This document shows positions 63,871 through 64,000 of a stretch of DNA of 64,000 nucleotides, one piece after another. This DNA comes from Calditrichia bacterium (GTDB taxonomy: Bacteria; Calditrichota; Calditrichia; RBG-13-44-9; J075), in the NCBI GenBank assembly GCA_050633245.1, contig JBOEGD010000009.1:273839-337838 (forward strand). Reading direction: 5' to 3'. The number at the start of each line of letters is the position of its first letter. Position 1 is the stretch's first letter. The notes under the pieces were generated by a model that ran no database searches, was not told the DNA's origin, and saw only the letters and a program-made list of their open reading frames with translations. Both the position numbers and the translations under genes were made by a program.

Positions 63871-64000
63871 AGAACAGCGAAAAACAGTGAGAAACAGTGA
63901 GAGATGGTGAGAAACGGGCAGAAACGGGTAGAAGCAATCAGAATTGCCCCTTTGCCTCATTGCCTTTTTCACTTTTCACTTTTCACTTTTCACGTTTCAC
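63871..64000. repeat. Short tandem repeats: seven degenerate 10-mers and five TTTTCAC heptamers
   Basis: GAAACAGTGA-like units at 63871-63940; (TTTTCAC)x4 plus GTTTCAC at 63966-64000. Confidence 0.85.

Overview
A gene-dense bacterial chromosomal segment. Several proteins end in a Por/T9SS-type 'NYPNPFNP' C-terminal domain, a Gld-type ABC locus is present, and promoters look like canonical sigma70 with Shine-Dalgarno sites. Together these suggest an FCB-related lineage such as Calditrichota or KSB1 (inference). Housekeeping and metabolic genes include ppa (partial), pncA-pncB NAD salvage, rplU-rpmA, an acyl-CoA carboxylase beta subunit, and ABC and MFS transporters. Signalling genes are unusually abundant: an RsbW/RsbV/RsbU partner-switch cluster with a degenerate DUF4301 protein embedded in it, a ~10.8 kb Hpt-FIST(NosP)-three hybrid kinase-RedB-like cluster, a PAS/GAF hybrid kinase, and a multi-PAS protein with no output domain. 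There are also several secreted or outer-membrane proteins and REP-like palindromic repeats. I found no tRNA, rRNA, CRISPR array or transposase. The best candidates for undescribed biology are (1) a ~400-nt hairpin-rich noncoding region in front of a protein built from three AP2-like DNA-binding repeats (46380-47800), and (2) a promoter-to-terminator ~98-nt structured leader with a 21-codon uORF directly in front of a radical SAM/SPASM gene (25182-25314). All calls come from reading motifs by eye; no database searches were run.
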